From a virus (Duplodnaviria > Caudoviricetes): a stretch of DNA of 43,418 nt. Shown here piece by piece: positions 7,399-16,778 of this stretch; within the stretch, counting starts at the first letter, position 1, and each line of letters opens with the position of its first letter. The stretch covers positions 1 to 43,418 of the IMG/VR virus record IMGVR_UViG_3300043173_000134. One strand, written 5' to 3'. The translations under genes and the position numbers were made by a program. The notes below the pieces were generated by a model that saw only the letters and a program-made list of their open reading frames with translations, did not search any database and was not told the origin of the DNA.

Positions 7399-9312
7399 AT
7401 GGTTGCAATCAAGAAAGGAATATTCACAAAGGCCGCTCTCAGGGGATTGACGCTTGATCCTGACCTTACCGTATCTAAATGGGCAGACAAATTTCGAATA
7501 TTATCCTCGAAAGGTTCTGCCGAACCTGGGGAGTGGAAAAACGAGCGAACACCGTATCTCGTAGAGATAATGGATTGCCTCTCGGCTTCAAGTCCAGAGG
7601 AATATATTGTTTTTGTTTCTGGGACACAACTCGGAAAAACAGAATGTATTCTAAACTGGCTTGGTGAAATCATTCACTTGATGCCGGGCCCAGCGGCTGT
7701 CGTTCAATCAACACTCTCTTCTGGAGAAATCTTCTCGAAGCAAAGACTCCAACCAATGATCGATTGCACTCCTGTTTTATATAATAGGGTTGCGAAGTCT
7801 CGTGAACGTGAAGCAGGGAACACGACTATGATGAAAGAGTTCCCAGGCGGCAGCGTCAACATTCTCACAGCTAATTCGGAAGACACTCTCAGGTCCAAGC
7901 CTATTCGCTTTCTCGGACTTGACGAAGTTGACATGTACCCAGGCTGGACAGTCTCAAAAGCTATCGAAAGAACTGAAACATTTTCAAATCGAAAAATCTT
8001 CCTTTGTTCCTCTCCTAAAAAGCTCATTGACTCTATAATATGGGCAGAGTACCTCATGTCAGATCAGCGAGAGTTCCATCTTCCTTGTCCCGAATGCGGA
8101 CACATGCAGACTATAAAATGGAAGAATCTCAAGTTCGAATACAATCGGGAAACGTTCAAACTCACCGGCGAAGTGCTTCTGGCGTGTGAGGACTGCGGGT
8201 CACTGATCAGTGAGAACAAAAAACTTTCAATGTTGCAGGGAGGGAAATGGATCGTTGGAAATCCAGACGGAAAATATCCAGGGTTTAGGATTCCGCAATT
8301 TTATTCTGTACTCGGTAGTAGTAAGTGGAGGAGCGCAGTAAATAAACATCTTAAAATCCTGCAAAAGAAACAGAAGGGCAACCCCACTTATATTGAAGAT
8401 AGAGAGACTTGGACGAATGATGTTTGCGCCGAGCCATGGGAAGAAGTCATGGATCCAAAAATGAACTGGGAGAAACTGTTCAACAGGAGAGAGGCTTACA
8501 ACATTGAACCGCTAAACGAAAAAATCATTCTGTTGACAGCAGGAGTTGACATTCAGGATGACAGAATCGAAGTTCAGGTCATCGGCTTCGGTCTTGACTA
8601 TGAAACTTATGTTGTTGAATATAAAACATTCCATGGGAAGTTATCTGATCTTGAGATCTGGGCGCATCTGGACGACTTTCTTTTGAAATCATATCGCCAT
8701 TCTTGTGGGCAACGAATGAGAATCATGTCGGCGGCGATTGACACTGGTGGTCACTATCCTGCGAAAGTTTACGAGTTCACAAAAACGAGATATACTCCAA
8801 AAATCAGATATGTCTTTGCCATTAAAGGTGCAAGCTCATACAACCAGCCAATCGTCAAAGCTCCTTCGAAACAGCAAGGCGCCTATTTGTTTGTAGTCGG
8901 AACTGATACTGCAAAAGATCATTTGAATGAGTGCTTGAAAACAGAGCTCCCTGGGGCCGGATATGTCCACTTTCCTTTGACGATGCCAGAGACTTATTTT
9001 CATCAACTTTGTTCTGAGCGAAAAGTCACTGAATGGTTCAAGGGCAAGAGGAGAAAGGTCTGGAAGAATACGAGCCGAGCAAGGAACGAAGCACTCGACA
9101 CATTTGTCTATGGAATAGTGGCTTTGAACATTCTTCAATATTGGCTTTATCCGAACGCTACAGTCTCGCAGATGTTAGAGGATATTTCAAAAAAAGAAAA
9201 TATAACTTTACAAGCCCCGCTGGATAATGTAAAGCAAGATGGTAATCAAAAAACAAGTCAGGCGCGCAAGCCAAGGCGCCGAGTAATTTCGAAAGGGGTT
9301 AGGCTAGACTAA
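7399..9312 (+). CDS. terL: terminase large subunit (lambda gpA family)
   Basis: RTPYL.EIMD; GTQLGKTE Walker A; LDEVD Walker B; CPECGH/CEDCG Zn site; GVDIQDDR; IDTGG; RNEALDTFVY. Confidence 0.97.
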   Translation: MVAIKKGIFTKAALRGLTLDPDLTVSKWADKFRILSSKGSAEPGEWKNERTPYLVEIMDCLSASSPEEYIVFVSGTQLGKTECILNWLGEIIHLMPGPAAVVQSTLSSGEIFSKQRLQPMIDCTPVLYNRVAKSREREAGNTTMMKEFPGGSVNILTANSEDTLRSKPIRFLGLDEVDMYPGWTVSKAIERTETFSNRKIFLCSSPKKLIDSIIWAEYLMSDQREFHLPCPECGHMQTIKWKNLKFEYNRETFKLTGEVLLACEDCGSLISENKKLSMLQGGKWIVGNPDGKYPGFRIPQFYSVLGSSKWRSAVNKHLKILQKKQKGNPTYIEDRETWTNDVCAEPWEEVMDPKMNWEKLFNRREAYNIEPLNEKIILLTAGVDIQDDRIEVQVIGFGLDYETYVVEYKTFHGKLSDLEIWAHLDDFLLKSYRHSCGQRMRIMSAAIDTGGHYPAKVYEFTKTRYTPKIRYVFAIKGASSYNQPIVKAPSKQQGAYLFVVGTDTAKDHLNECLKTELPGAGYVHFPLTMPETYFHQLCSERKVTEWFKGKRRKVWKNTSRARNEALDTFVYGIVALNILQYWLYPNATVSQMLEDISKKENITLQAPLDNVKQDGNQKTSQARKPRRRVISKGVRLD

Positions 9313-9524
9313 TGAAAACAATAATTGTTAATGGAGTGGAGAAAGAAGTTGAGGTTAGCACGTTGGGCTACAGCGCAGTTGTTTTTCTTGCCAATAAGGA
9401 AGTGGGGCAATGGCCAACGGTGACTTATAGCACGAAGGATGCGAAGGGCGCTCTCAGTTCCGGAATATGTATATGTATCACAGACGGAATGATTTTCAAT
9501 GTAGCGAATACGGGAGGGGCGTAA
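9312..9524 (+). CDS. ubiquitin-like beta-grasp protein (Multi_ubiq-like)
   Basis: IIVNG.EKEV....LGY..VV.LA......TVTY......G.L..G..I.ITDGMIFNV..T pattern; ends NTGGA. Confidence 0.75.
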   Translation: MKTIIVNGVEKEVEVSTLGYSAVVFLANKEVGQWPTVTYSTKDAKGALSSGICICITDGMIFNVANTGGA

Positions 9525-9527
9525 CTT

Positions 9528-9740
9528 ATGGCATTGACAACAGTGGAAATGGAAACGAATCTCTCCAATGCAAATACAGCCTATGCCGCGGCGTTGAACT
9601 CTTTGCAGTACACAGTAGGGAACAGGTCAAAAACGAATCAGAAAATCAAGGACCTCCGCGAGGAGATAACATTCTGGACAAGTCAGATTGCAAAAGCGAA
9701 CAGAGGCGGAATCCCAGTTCGTGGAATAACCACGGTTTAA
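9528..9740 (+). CDS. gpW-like head completion protein
   Basis: Position between TerL and portal; YTVGNRSKT...IKDLREEITFW. Confidence 0.75.
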   Translation: MALTTVEMETNLSNANTAYAAALNSLQYTVGNRSKTNQKIKDLREEITFWTSQIAKANRGGIPVRGITTV

Positions 9741-9758
9741 CGGGAAAAGGGAAGGCAA

Positions 9759-10004
9759 ATGAAAGAAAAAGAAAAGAAAGCGCAAGAAAAAACGTTTTAT
9801 TATGTGAATCCGAATTCGCCATCCGAACCCGAGGCAAAGGTCTTTTGTGCAAACGCTCATTGCGTGAACTTCATTCCGGTTCACCAGACATGCAACCTGA
9901 AAACAATCTTGATCAGTGCGAAAGGAAAATGTGAATTTTCTGTTCGAAAGAAAGTTCCTAAATTAAAAGCTCATGAAAAACAATCTAAATCAACTAAAAA
10001 ATAG
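9759..10004 (+). CDS. Cys-rich hypothetical protein
   Basis: VFCANAHCVNF...CNLKTILIS..GKC. Confidence 0.6.
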   Translation: MKEKEKKAQEKTFYYVNPNSPSEPEAKVFCANAHCVNFIPVHQTCNLKTILISAKGKCEFSVRKKVPKLKAHEKQSKSTKK

Positions 10005-11604
10005 CGACGGCCCTATCAACATGGCAGCCTTGCCATTGATCGCTCAACAGAACATGATTGAGAAACACAACTTTGTTGGCATCGCTGGCGCTTATAATGC
10101 CGGATCAAAGAAGCGCAGGACGATCAAGAATTTTGATCCAAAGACTGGAGACGCTGACGCTGACACGCTGGATGATCTGCCGACGATAAGAAGCCGAAGT
10201 CGTTCGCTGTTAAGGAACACTCCAATCGCTTCTGGTGCGATCAAGACAAATCAGGTTCATGTTATTGGATCTGGATTAAAAATGCAGTCAAGGATCAATG
10301 CAGATGTGTTGAACATGGACGAGGACGAAGCTGACAAGTGGCAACAGAAAGCGGAGCGGGAATTTAATTCGTGGGCTGAGTCTCTCGATTGCGACATCAA
10401 CAGAGGCAAGAATTTTTATGACTACCAGAATCTTGTTTTCAGATCGGTCCTTGAAAGTGGTGATTGTTTTGTTCTTCCGTTGTTCAAAGAAATCAACACG
10501 CTCAACTATGGATTGAGATTGCAAGCTCTCGAAGCTGACAGAATTGAGAACCCGAACAACAAGCCAGACACTACAACACTGGCAGGCGGGATCGCAAAGA
10601 AAAAAGACGGGACTCCAAAAAAGTATTGGGTTCGGACAACTCATCCGGGGTCTCAGTCAACTCCAATCGAAAGAAAGTGGGATTCAATAAGTGCTTTCAC
10701 TGGGAATGGCAGAAGGAAAATAATTCACATTTATGAACAGTTGAGACCTGGCCAGACAAGAGGCGTTCCTTATCTTGCGCCAGTGATTGAGATGTTGCAC
10801 CAGCTCGGAAAGTACACTGACGCTGAATTGCAGAGTGCTGTCATTTCATCCTACTTCACAGTGTTCGTGACAACGCCAGACGGAGGTGGAAACTTCTCAA
10901 CGTTCTTGCCTAGCGACGAAGGCGGGGAATCGACTGACGAAGATTACACAATGGGATCAGGTGCTATTGTAGGACTCGCAGAGGGAGAGGAAATTTCGAC
11001 AGCGAATCCGGGAAGACCAAATGCAACGTTCGATCCTTTTGTCCAGAGCATTTTACGCCAGATCGGAACCGCCCTGGGGCTTCCGTTCGAATTGCTCATT
11101 CAACATTTTACGAAAAGTTATTCGGCCGCAAGGACTGCAATGCTGAACGCTTGGAAAGTTTTCTTGACTCGCAGATCATTTATGATTGATCACTTCTGCA
11201 ATTTGGTCTATGAACTCTGGATGGAGGAAGCTGTTCTCAGGGAGAGAGTGATTGCTCCTGGATTCCTGACGGATCCTTTAATGCGAAAAGCTTATCTTGG
11301 AAATCTTTGGATTGGTCCTGCCGCTGGTCAGATCGATCCGACAAAAGAAACAGCCGCGGCCCAGGCAAGAGTCGATGGATTTTTCAGCAACATTTCAATT
11401 GAGTCTGCCGCAATGGGAATTGACTTTGATCAGAACATTAAGCAAATAGCAAAAGAGCAAAAGAAACTTCTGGCCATTCGCCAGATGATGACTCCTACGC
11501 CTCTAAAGGTAACGGCGCCAAACGAGGAAGTGGACGATATGAATAAAAATATTGACAACACTTTGAATGAGGAAACAGAAGATGACACAAAAAACAAAAG
11601 TTAA
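9973..11604 (+). CDS. portal protein (lambda gpB type)
   Basis: RSRSRSLLRN; LQALEADRI; RPGQTRGVP.LAPVI; YSAART; IDPTKE. Confidence 0.95.
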   Translation: MKNNLNQLKNSDGPINMAALPLIAQQNMIEKHNFVGIAGAYNAGSKKRRTIKNFDPKTGDADADTLDDLPTIRSRSRSLLRNTPIASGAIKTNQVHVIGSGLKMQSRINADVLNMDEDEADKWQQKAEREFNSWAESLDCDINRGKNFYDYQNLVFRSVLESGDCFVLPLFKEINTLNYGLRLQALEADRIENPNNKPDTTTLAGGIAKKKDGTPKKYWVRTTHPGSQSTPIERKWDSISAFTGNGRRKIIHIYEQLRPGQTRGVPYLAPVIEMLHQLGKYTDAELQSAVISSYFTVFVTTPDGGGNFSTFLPSDEGGESTDEDYTMGSGAIVGLAEGEEISTANPGRPNATFDPFVQSILRQIGTALGLPFELLIQHFTKSYSAARTAMLNAWKVFLTRRSFMIDHFCNLVYELWMEEAVLRERVIAPGFLTDPLMRKAYLGNLWIGPAAGQIDPTKETAAAQARVDGFFSNISIESAAMGIDFDQNIKQIAKEQKKLLAIRQMMTPTPLKVTAPNEEVDDMNKNIDNTLNEETEDDTKNKS

Positions 11605-12958
11605 ATTATTTCCTTCATTGTGGGCAATACTCGAAACAGAGTTGGCGAAAATTGAATCATTATATTCTGGCTTCACAAGTGACATGATCACGAGCTTTGA
11701 AAAAGAGTCAAAGGTTGCTTTTGATAATCTGGAGATTTCGCAAACAGGTCTCTCTCCTGATGTCACTATCATCAACAACGTTGCAGTCCTGAGGATCGAA
11801 GGAGTGATCACGCAGAAGGAAAGCATCTTCACAATGATCTTTGGAGGTGCTACGCTCGACAGCTTGACAGCAGACTTCAAGAGCTTGGTTGACAACGATG
11901 ACATTGACACAATCGTTCTGGATATAGACTCTCCAGGTGGAACTGTTTCTGGTGTTCAGGATTTCGCCAATCTTGTTTTTGATGCGAGAGAGAAGAAAAA
12001 AATAATCACGATTTCATCTTCTGCAATGCTTTCGGCTGCCATGTGGATCGGTGCCGCCGCTGAACATATTTTTATATCATGTGGAACTGTTGTGACTGGA
12101 AGCATTGGAGTCCTGACAACTCATGTTGACGTTTCTCAGTTACAAGCAGACATGGGAATCAAAACGACAGAGATCACAGCAGGGAGAGAGAAAAGAATCG
12201 CTTCCACTTTTGCCCCGTTGACTGACGCTGGCCGTTCTTCATTGCAGAGTCAAGTCGATAAGATTATGGAAGCGTTCGTTGGAGACGTTGCAAAGTTTAG
12301 GGGAGTGAGTGAGCAGGAGGTAAAAAGCAACATGGCTGACGGCAAGACTTTCATTGGCGACAACGCAGTGAAAGCAGGTCTTGTCGATGACATAAAAACT
12401 TTTGATTTATTAATTGAAACCATTAACAATGGAGGGCTAGACATGGGATTATTCTCAAAGAAGGAAGCGAATTTGGTCAATTTACAAGCCGAACATTCTG
12501 ATCTATACAACGAGGCTGTTGCCGTTGGAGTTGATCAGGGCAAGGTTGCACTTGCAAAGGAAGTTGAAACGGTTCAAGCTAACGCACACAAAGCAGGAGT
12601 GTCCGCTGGTACAGAAGCAGAGAGAGCCAGAATTTCTGGGATCAATGATTGCACTATCGTTGGCCATGAAAAGCTTGCAGAAGCTTTGATCTCTGACGGC
12701 ACGACAACTCCTGGAGAGGCTGCCATTAAGATGATCAATGCAAACAAGACAGCCAACGCAACAGGATTGGAAACAATCAAAACGACTTCCGCTGGTGCTG
12801 TCGCTGACGAAGCCGAAGAAACTATCGTTGCAAAGAAAGACATGACCGCAAAGCAGAAGTGGGACGCAGATCCAAAACTTGCGGACGAGTTCGACAGTTT
12901 TGAAGCGTTCGAAGCAGTGGAAAAGAATTCTGATAATTACAGAATCCTGAAGAAATAA
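11582..12958 (+). CDS. prohead protease, S49 (lambda gpC-like), with C-terminal scaffold
   Basis: LDIDSPGGTV, SAAMWI, GSIGV, AVKAGLVD. Confidence 0.92.
   Translation: MTQKTKVKLFPSLWAILETELAKIESLYSGFTSDMITSFEKESKVAFDNLEISQTGLSPDVTIINNVAVLRIEGVITQKESIFTMIFGGATLDSLTADFKSLVDNDDIDTIVLDIDSPGGTVSGVQDFANLVFDAREKKKIITISSSAMLSAAMWIGAAAEHIFISCGTVVTGSIGVLTTHVDVSQLQADMGIKTTEITAGREKRIASTFAPLTDAGRSSLQSQVDKIMEAFVGDVAKFRGVSEQEVKSNMADGKTFIGDNAVKAGLVDDIKTFDLLIETINNGGLDMGLFSKKEANLVNLQAEHSDLYNEAVAVGVDQGKVALAKEVETVQANAHKAGVSAGTEAERARISGINDCTIVGHEKLAEALISDGTTTPGEAAIKMINANKTANATGLETIKTTSAGAVADEAEETIVAKKDMTAKQKWDADPKLADEFDSFEAFEAVEKNSDNYRILKK
12443..12958 (+). CDS. nested in-frame scaffolding protein (Nu3-like)
   Basis: Strong internal SD GGAGG (12431) before ATG 12443; AERARI..I motif. 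Confidence 0.6.
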   Translation: MGLFSKKEANLVNLQAEHSDLYNEAVAVGVDQGKVALAKEVETVQANAHKAGVSAGTEAERARISGINDCTIVGHEKLAEALISDGTTTPGEAAIKMINANKTANATGLETIKTTSAGAVADEAEETIVAKKDMTAKQKWDADPKLADEFDSFEAFEAVEKNSDNYRILKK

Positions 12959-13032
12959 AATCGATCTCTTTTCGATTTATTGAATAGTAAAATTTTAATG
13001 TTTGAAACTTTTTAGAAATTGGAGGAAAGATT

Positions 13033-13797
13033 ATGACGACACTTGCAGTCAATGTGGCGAGAGCTTTTGTTCTCGGAAATGAAAACGACTTCCCAGCCAT
13101 AGCAGATGTATTTTTCGAAGGCTCGGCCGTTGGGCTTGTTGATGCGACAGGTCACGCAAGGCCTCTGGAGTTCCCAGATCGCTTTGTTGGATTCGTTCAA
13201 GAGAAGCTTGACAGTTCCGCAGTTGCCGCGGCTGTCAGAAATGTAAGGGTGAGGAAGCGTGGCGTGATCAAACTCTCTGTTTCTGGTGCTGTCATCACCG
13301 ATGTCGGTCAGCCTATCTATGCGACAGATGATGACACTTTTGTGTTCTCTCCTGTTGCCGCAGTATTCATCGGCAAGGTGATTCGCTTCGACTCCTCTGG
13401 TGTTGTTGATGTCGAATTCGATGCTGGAAATATGGCTGATCCTTACGCTGGTAGAATATGGGAGACCTACTCTGCCACGTCAACTCTTGATGTCCTTGAC
13501 ACAGGAAAAGGATTCTGGGTTGACACTGACGCTCAGACAATGACACTGTTGGAGTATGCCGCTGGAACTGCAATTGATATTGTGGTTATGAACGGTGGAG
13601 GCTTTGGTCTTGTCGAAGTCAATGTTGATGTTGCCGCCGCTGATGTAATGCACGGCCCAGATGATACTGGCGCCGCTGGCGGACTCACAGTCAACACGAA
13701 AGCAACCGCAAGACGTGGAGACTATTTGAAAATCAGCACTGGTGGAGACGATGGTTACATGGTCGTTGAAAAAAGCGGTATCTGGACAATCGCTTAA
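13033..13797 (+). CDS. head decoration/cement protein with C-terminal extension
   Basis: Between protease and capsid; GAVITDVGQPIYATDDDTF motif; SD GGAGG. Confidence 0.75.
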   Translation: MTTLAVNVARAFVLGNENDFPAIADVFFEGSAVGLVDATGHARPLEFPDRFVGFVQEKLDSSAVAAAVRNVRVRKRGVIKLSVSGAVITDVGQPIYATDDDTFVFSPVAAVFIGKVIRFDSSGVVDVEFDAGNMADPYAGRIWETYSATSTLDVLDTGKGFWVDTDAQTMTLLEYAAGTAIDIVVMNGGGFGLVEVNVDVAAADVMHGPDDTGAAGGLTVNTKATARRGDYLKISTGGDDGYMVVEKSGIWTIA

Positions 13798-13815
13798 TCA
13801 GTAAATATCTAACGT

Positions 13816-13867
13816 GAGAGAGGGAGGGCGCTTTCTGTTTGCTCTCTCTCTCCTATATTCTTTTTTT
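13816..13867 (+). terminator. hairpin plus U tract between the decoration and capsid genes
   Basis: GAGAGAGGGAGGGC / GCTCTCTCTCTC followed by TTCTTTTTTT. Confidence 0.4.
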
Positions 13868-13901
13868 CGCCTAGAACTTTTAATGAACAAGGAGGGTAAA
13901 C

Positions 13902-14831
13902 ATGGGCGCACTAGCATTATCAAGCAGAGCCATAATTGGCGAATTTTTCTTGCGTTTAGAACAGAACGTGGGAACGTCTTGGATCGATGCTGTTTCGATG
14001 TTGTTTCAATCGAATCAGGAGTCTGAGACTTACAAATGGTTGGGCATGGTTCCGCAAATGAGAGAATGGCTTGGAGGTCGTAACGCCAAGGGATTCAGAG
14101 ATAACGGAATCACTATCACCAATCTGGAATTCGAAGCGACTCTTGAGGTTTTGGTTAAAGAGTTGAGACGAGACAAGACTGGTCAGGTTCTTTTAAGAAT
14201 CAGGGAACTTGCTGATCGAACAAACTCTCACTGGGCGAAACTTCTTTCAGCGTTGATCATCAACGGTGAGACAAATCTTTGTTATGACGGAGCGGAATAC
14301 TTTGCTACTGATCATGAGGAAGGTGACTCAGGAAGTCAATCAAACGACATCACGTCCGATGTCGGAACGACTACCGCTCCAAGTGCGGCTGAGATGGAGA
14401 TCGCAATCCTTGCGGCAGTTACTCAGATTTTGTCATTCAAGGATGACGAAGGCGAGCCAATGAATGAGGGAGCAAACTCTTTCGGTGTCATGGTTCCCGT
14501 TCCGTTCATGGCTGCAACACTGTCCGCATTGAAGAATGCCACAATCGTTGACAGCAACGGTTCAAGAGTCAACACGATTTTGTCCTCAGGTTTCAGCTTT
14601 GACTTGTGGGTTAATCCTAGGCTCTCTTGGACCACAAAGTTTGCAACGTTCAGGACTGACGGAAACGCAAAGCCGTTGATCAGACAGGAGGAAGAAGCTG
14701 TTAAGGTTGATGCCATAGCAGAAGGTTCCGAACTTGAGTTCAACGACAAGAAACATCACTACGGTGTTTCAGCTTCAAGAAATGTGGGTTATGGATTCTG
14801 GCAACATGCGAATCTAACAACTCTGGTTTAA
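13902..14831 (+). CDS. major capsid protein (Mu gpT-like)
   Basis: ETYKWLGMVPQMREWLGGR, FEATLEV, CYDG.EYFATDH, KPLIRQE, YGFWQ. Confidence 0.92.
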   Translation: MGALALSSRAIIGEFFLRLEQNVGTSWIDAVSMLFQSNQESETYKWLGMVPQMREWLGGRNAKGFRDNGITITNLEFEATLEVLVKELRRDKTGQVLLRIRELADRTNSHWAKLLSALIINGETNLCYDGAEYFATDHEEGDSGSQSNDITSDVGTTTAPSAAEMEIAILAAVTQILSFKDDEGEPMNEGANSFGVMVPVPFMAATLSALKNATIVDSNGSRVNTILSSGFSFDLWVNPRLSWTTKFATFRTDGNAKPLIRQEEEAVKVDAIAEGSELEFNDKKHHYGVSASRNVGYGFWQHANLTTLV

Positions 14832-14917
14832 TATATCTTTGCCTGCCCCTCCTTGCCGAGCCGCCAGTCTTTATCCTTTCACTGGCCCGCTGGCAGGGAG
14901 GGCTCCCATAAAATAAA

Positions 14918-15220
14918 ATGTCAACATTCAAAGAAGATCTAACAAACGACCTAGAAATATTTTTAAACTCTGATGAATTCGCTGTCGATGTAACCTATTT
15001 AGGCGATACGATTCAAGGAATTTTTGATGATGAATTTTCAAGTGCTGTTCAAGGAGAGATGGGAGTTGAATCAACAGTTCCTCAAGTTCTTGTTCGCACG
15101 AGTGACGTTCCGAACGTAGCACACTCGCAAGAGATGACGATCAATTCTACTGTTTACAAAGTAATTGGAATACAGCCTGATGGCACAGGTATGACATTGC
15201 TTTTATTGTCAAAAGATTAA
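14918..15220 (+). CDS. head-tail joining protein (gpFII-like)
   Basis: F...EFA..V....I.GIFD...Y.V..IQPDGTGMT.L.L. Confidence 0.8.
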   Translation: MSTFKEDLTNDLEIFLNSDEFAVDVTYLGDTIQGIFDDEFSSAVQGEMGVESTVPQVLVRTSDVPNVAHSQEMTINSTVYKVIGIQPDGTGMTLLLLSKD

Positions 15221-15233
15221 GAAAGGGAATCGA

Positions 15234-16031
15234 ATGAAAGGCGTGGGCCCGGGTCACAAGAACATTCCAAGACCGACTAACTTTTATGTCGAAGTTTCAA
15301 AAGGCAGAGTGCCTGGGCATTCGATGATTCACAAATTCGGACATGGTTCAATCGGAACTACAACGACTCCTATTTGCAACAGCGGAGTTTATCAAACGCC
15401 ACTCGCGGAAGTCGCTTTGGAAGTTCTCAGCGATGACGCTGGCGACACTCTCACAGGGCTGGGAGCCAGAACGGTATTTGTCGAAGGGCTTGCTTTTGAT
15501 GGTTCTATTGTCACACAAACTATTCCGTTGAATGGGCTTGTCGCGGTTCCGATTCCGATCCCGCTTTGGAGATTATACAGATGGTGGGTATTGACTTCTG
15601 GGACGTATGCTACAACATCACTCGGCAGCCATATTGGAGCGTTGACTATTCAAGGTTTGGGAGGCGGAGACGTTTGGAGCATAATAGATTTAGATCCTCA
15701 CCCTCACGGGCAATCTGAAATCGGCTGGTATACAATCCCGAAAGGGTTTACTGGCTCCCTTATCACGATGGCGATAGTTATTGATAGTACAAAGTCCGCC
15801 GATATAATGTTTTTACACAGAGAGAATGCGAACATTGTGACAGCTCCATTTTCTCCAATGCGTTTAGTGATACAGGCTGTCGGAGCGACTGGACTCATGC
15901 AGACGGTTGCGAAATCTCCGAAGAATGATTTTCATGAATTTGCCGATCTGGGTGCCGTGGCAAAAGTTTCATCTGGTACCGCAAAGATAGCAACAAATTT
16001 TGAATTGTTATTAATTGAAGATGGTTATTAG
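15234..16031 (+). CDS. putative virion structural protein
   Basis: Position; beta-rich; GLGARTVFVEGL motif seen in phage virion proteins. Confidence 0.6.
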   Translation: MKGVGPGHKNIPRPTNFYVEVSKGRVPGHSMIHKFGHGSIGTTTTPICNSGVYQTPLAEVALEVLSDDAGDTLTGLGARTVFVEGLAFDGSIVTQTIPLNGLVAVPIPIPLWRLYRWWVLTSGTYATTSLGSHIGALTIQGLGGGDVWSIIDLDPHPHGQSEIGWYTIPKGFTGSLITMAIVIDSTKSADIMFLHRENANIVTAPFSPMRLVIQAVGATGLMQTVAKSPKNDFHEFADLGAVAKVSSGTAKIATNFELLLIEDGY

Positions 16032-16174
16032 GAATGTAATATTCGCTCAATAAGCTTGTCAGCTTCATTGAGTGTGTGTCTCGATTTGACTGGACATGGA
16101 TAGACATGCTCCATTGTTTTTGCGTTGCTTAGAATCGATCTGAGAGCGAAGAATTTCGAGGGAATAAAGAAAAA

Positions 16175-16777
16175 ATGACTATATTAACAATACAACCACC
16201 GGCTATTGATTCACGTATTTATCAGGGACTGCCTGATACCAATTATGGATCACTTGATAAAATCACAGTACAGGCAACTTCCGGGGACGCCTTTCACATA
16301 GTTTTAAATTTTGATTTTTCTAGCCTTCCAGGTGGCGTCACTATAAACTCGGCTACTTTAGAATTATATGATTATCTTCACAGTGGAGATCCGACAGGCC
16401 AGTCATATGGCGCATACCGCCTTACTCAGGCAGCATGGACAGAGGCTGGTGTTACATGGAATAAATATGACGGTGCGAACAACTGGTCAACAGGTGGTGG
16501 TGATTATACTGTAACAGATGCCGCTTTTGCTAATGTTCCTTCTGTTAATAATTGGCAAGATTGGAACGTTAAAAACCAAATTCAATATGCTAGGGATAAC
16601 ACTTCTGATATAGCTTATTTTTTAATAAAAGCCGTCAGTGCTCATGCCTCGGCGACTAGTTATCATCCTAGAGAATACGCCACCGCTTCATTAAGACCAA
16701 AATTAGTAATTACACATGACGGCGCGCCACCTAGTGGCGACATATCAATTTTTAGACGCAGGATAGAAGGGGAATAA
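16175..16777 (+). CDS. DNRLRE-domain (CBM96-like) protein, putative adhesin
   Basis: D..IYQG.PDTNYG...LNFDFSSLP....INSATLELY...WTEAGVTWN...W...GGD...RE......RPKLVI. Confidence 0.8.
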   Translation: MTILTIQPPAIDSRIYQGLPDTNYGSLDKITVQATSGDAFHIVLNFDFSSLPGGVTINSATLELYDYLHSGDPTGQSYGAYRLTQAAWTEAGVTWNKYDGANNWSTGGGDYTVTDAAFANVPSVNNWQDWNVKNQIQYARDNTSDIAYFLIKAVSAHASATSYHPREYATASLRPKLVITHDGAPPSGDISIFRRRIEGE

Positions 16778-16778
16778 A

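Noticed and set aside
9467-9934. 155-aa ORF overlapping the Ubl/gpW genes
   Set aside because: Out-of-frame overlap with three better-supported genes; no motif.
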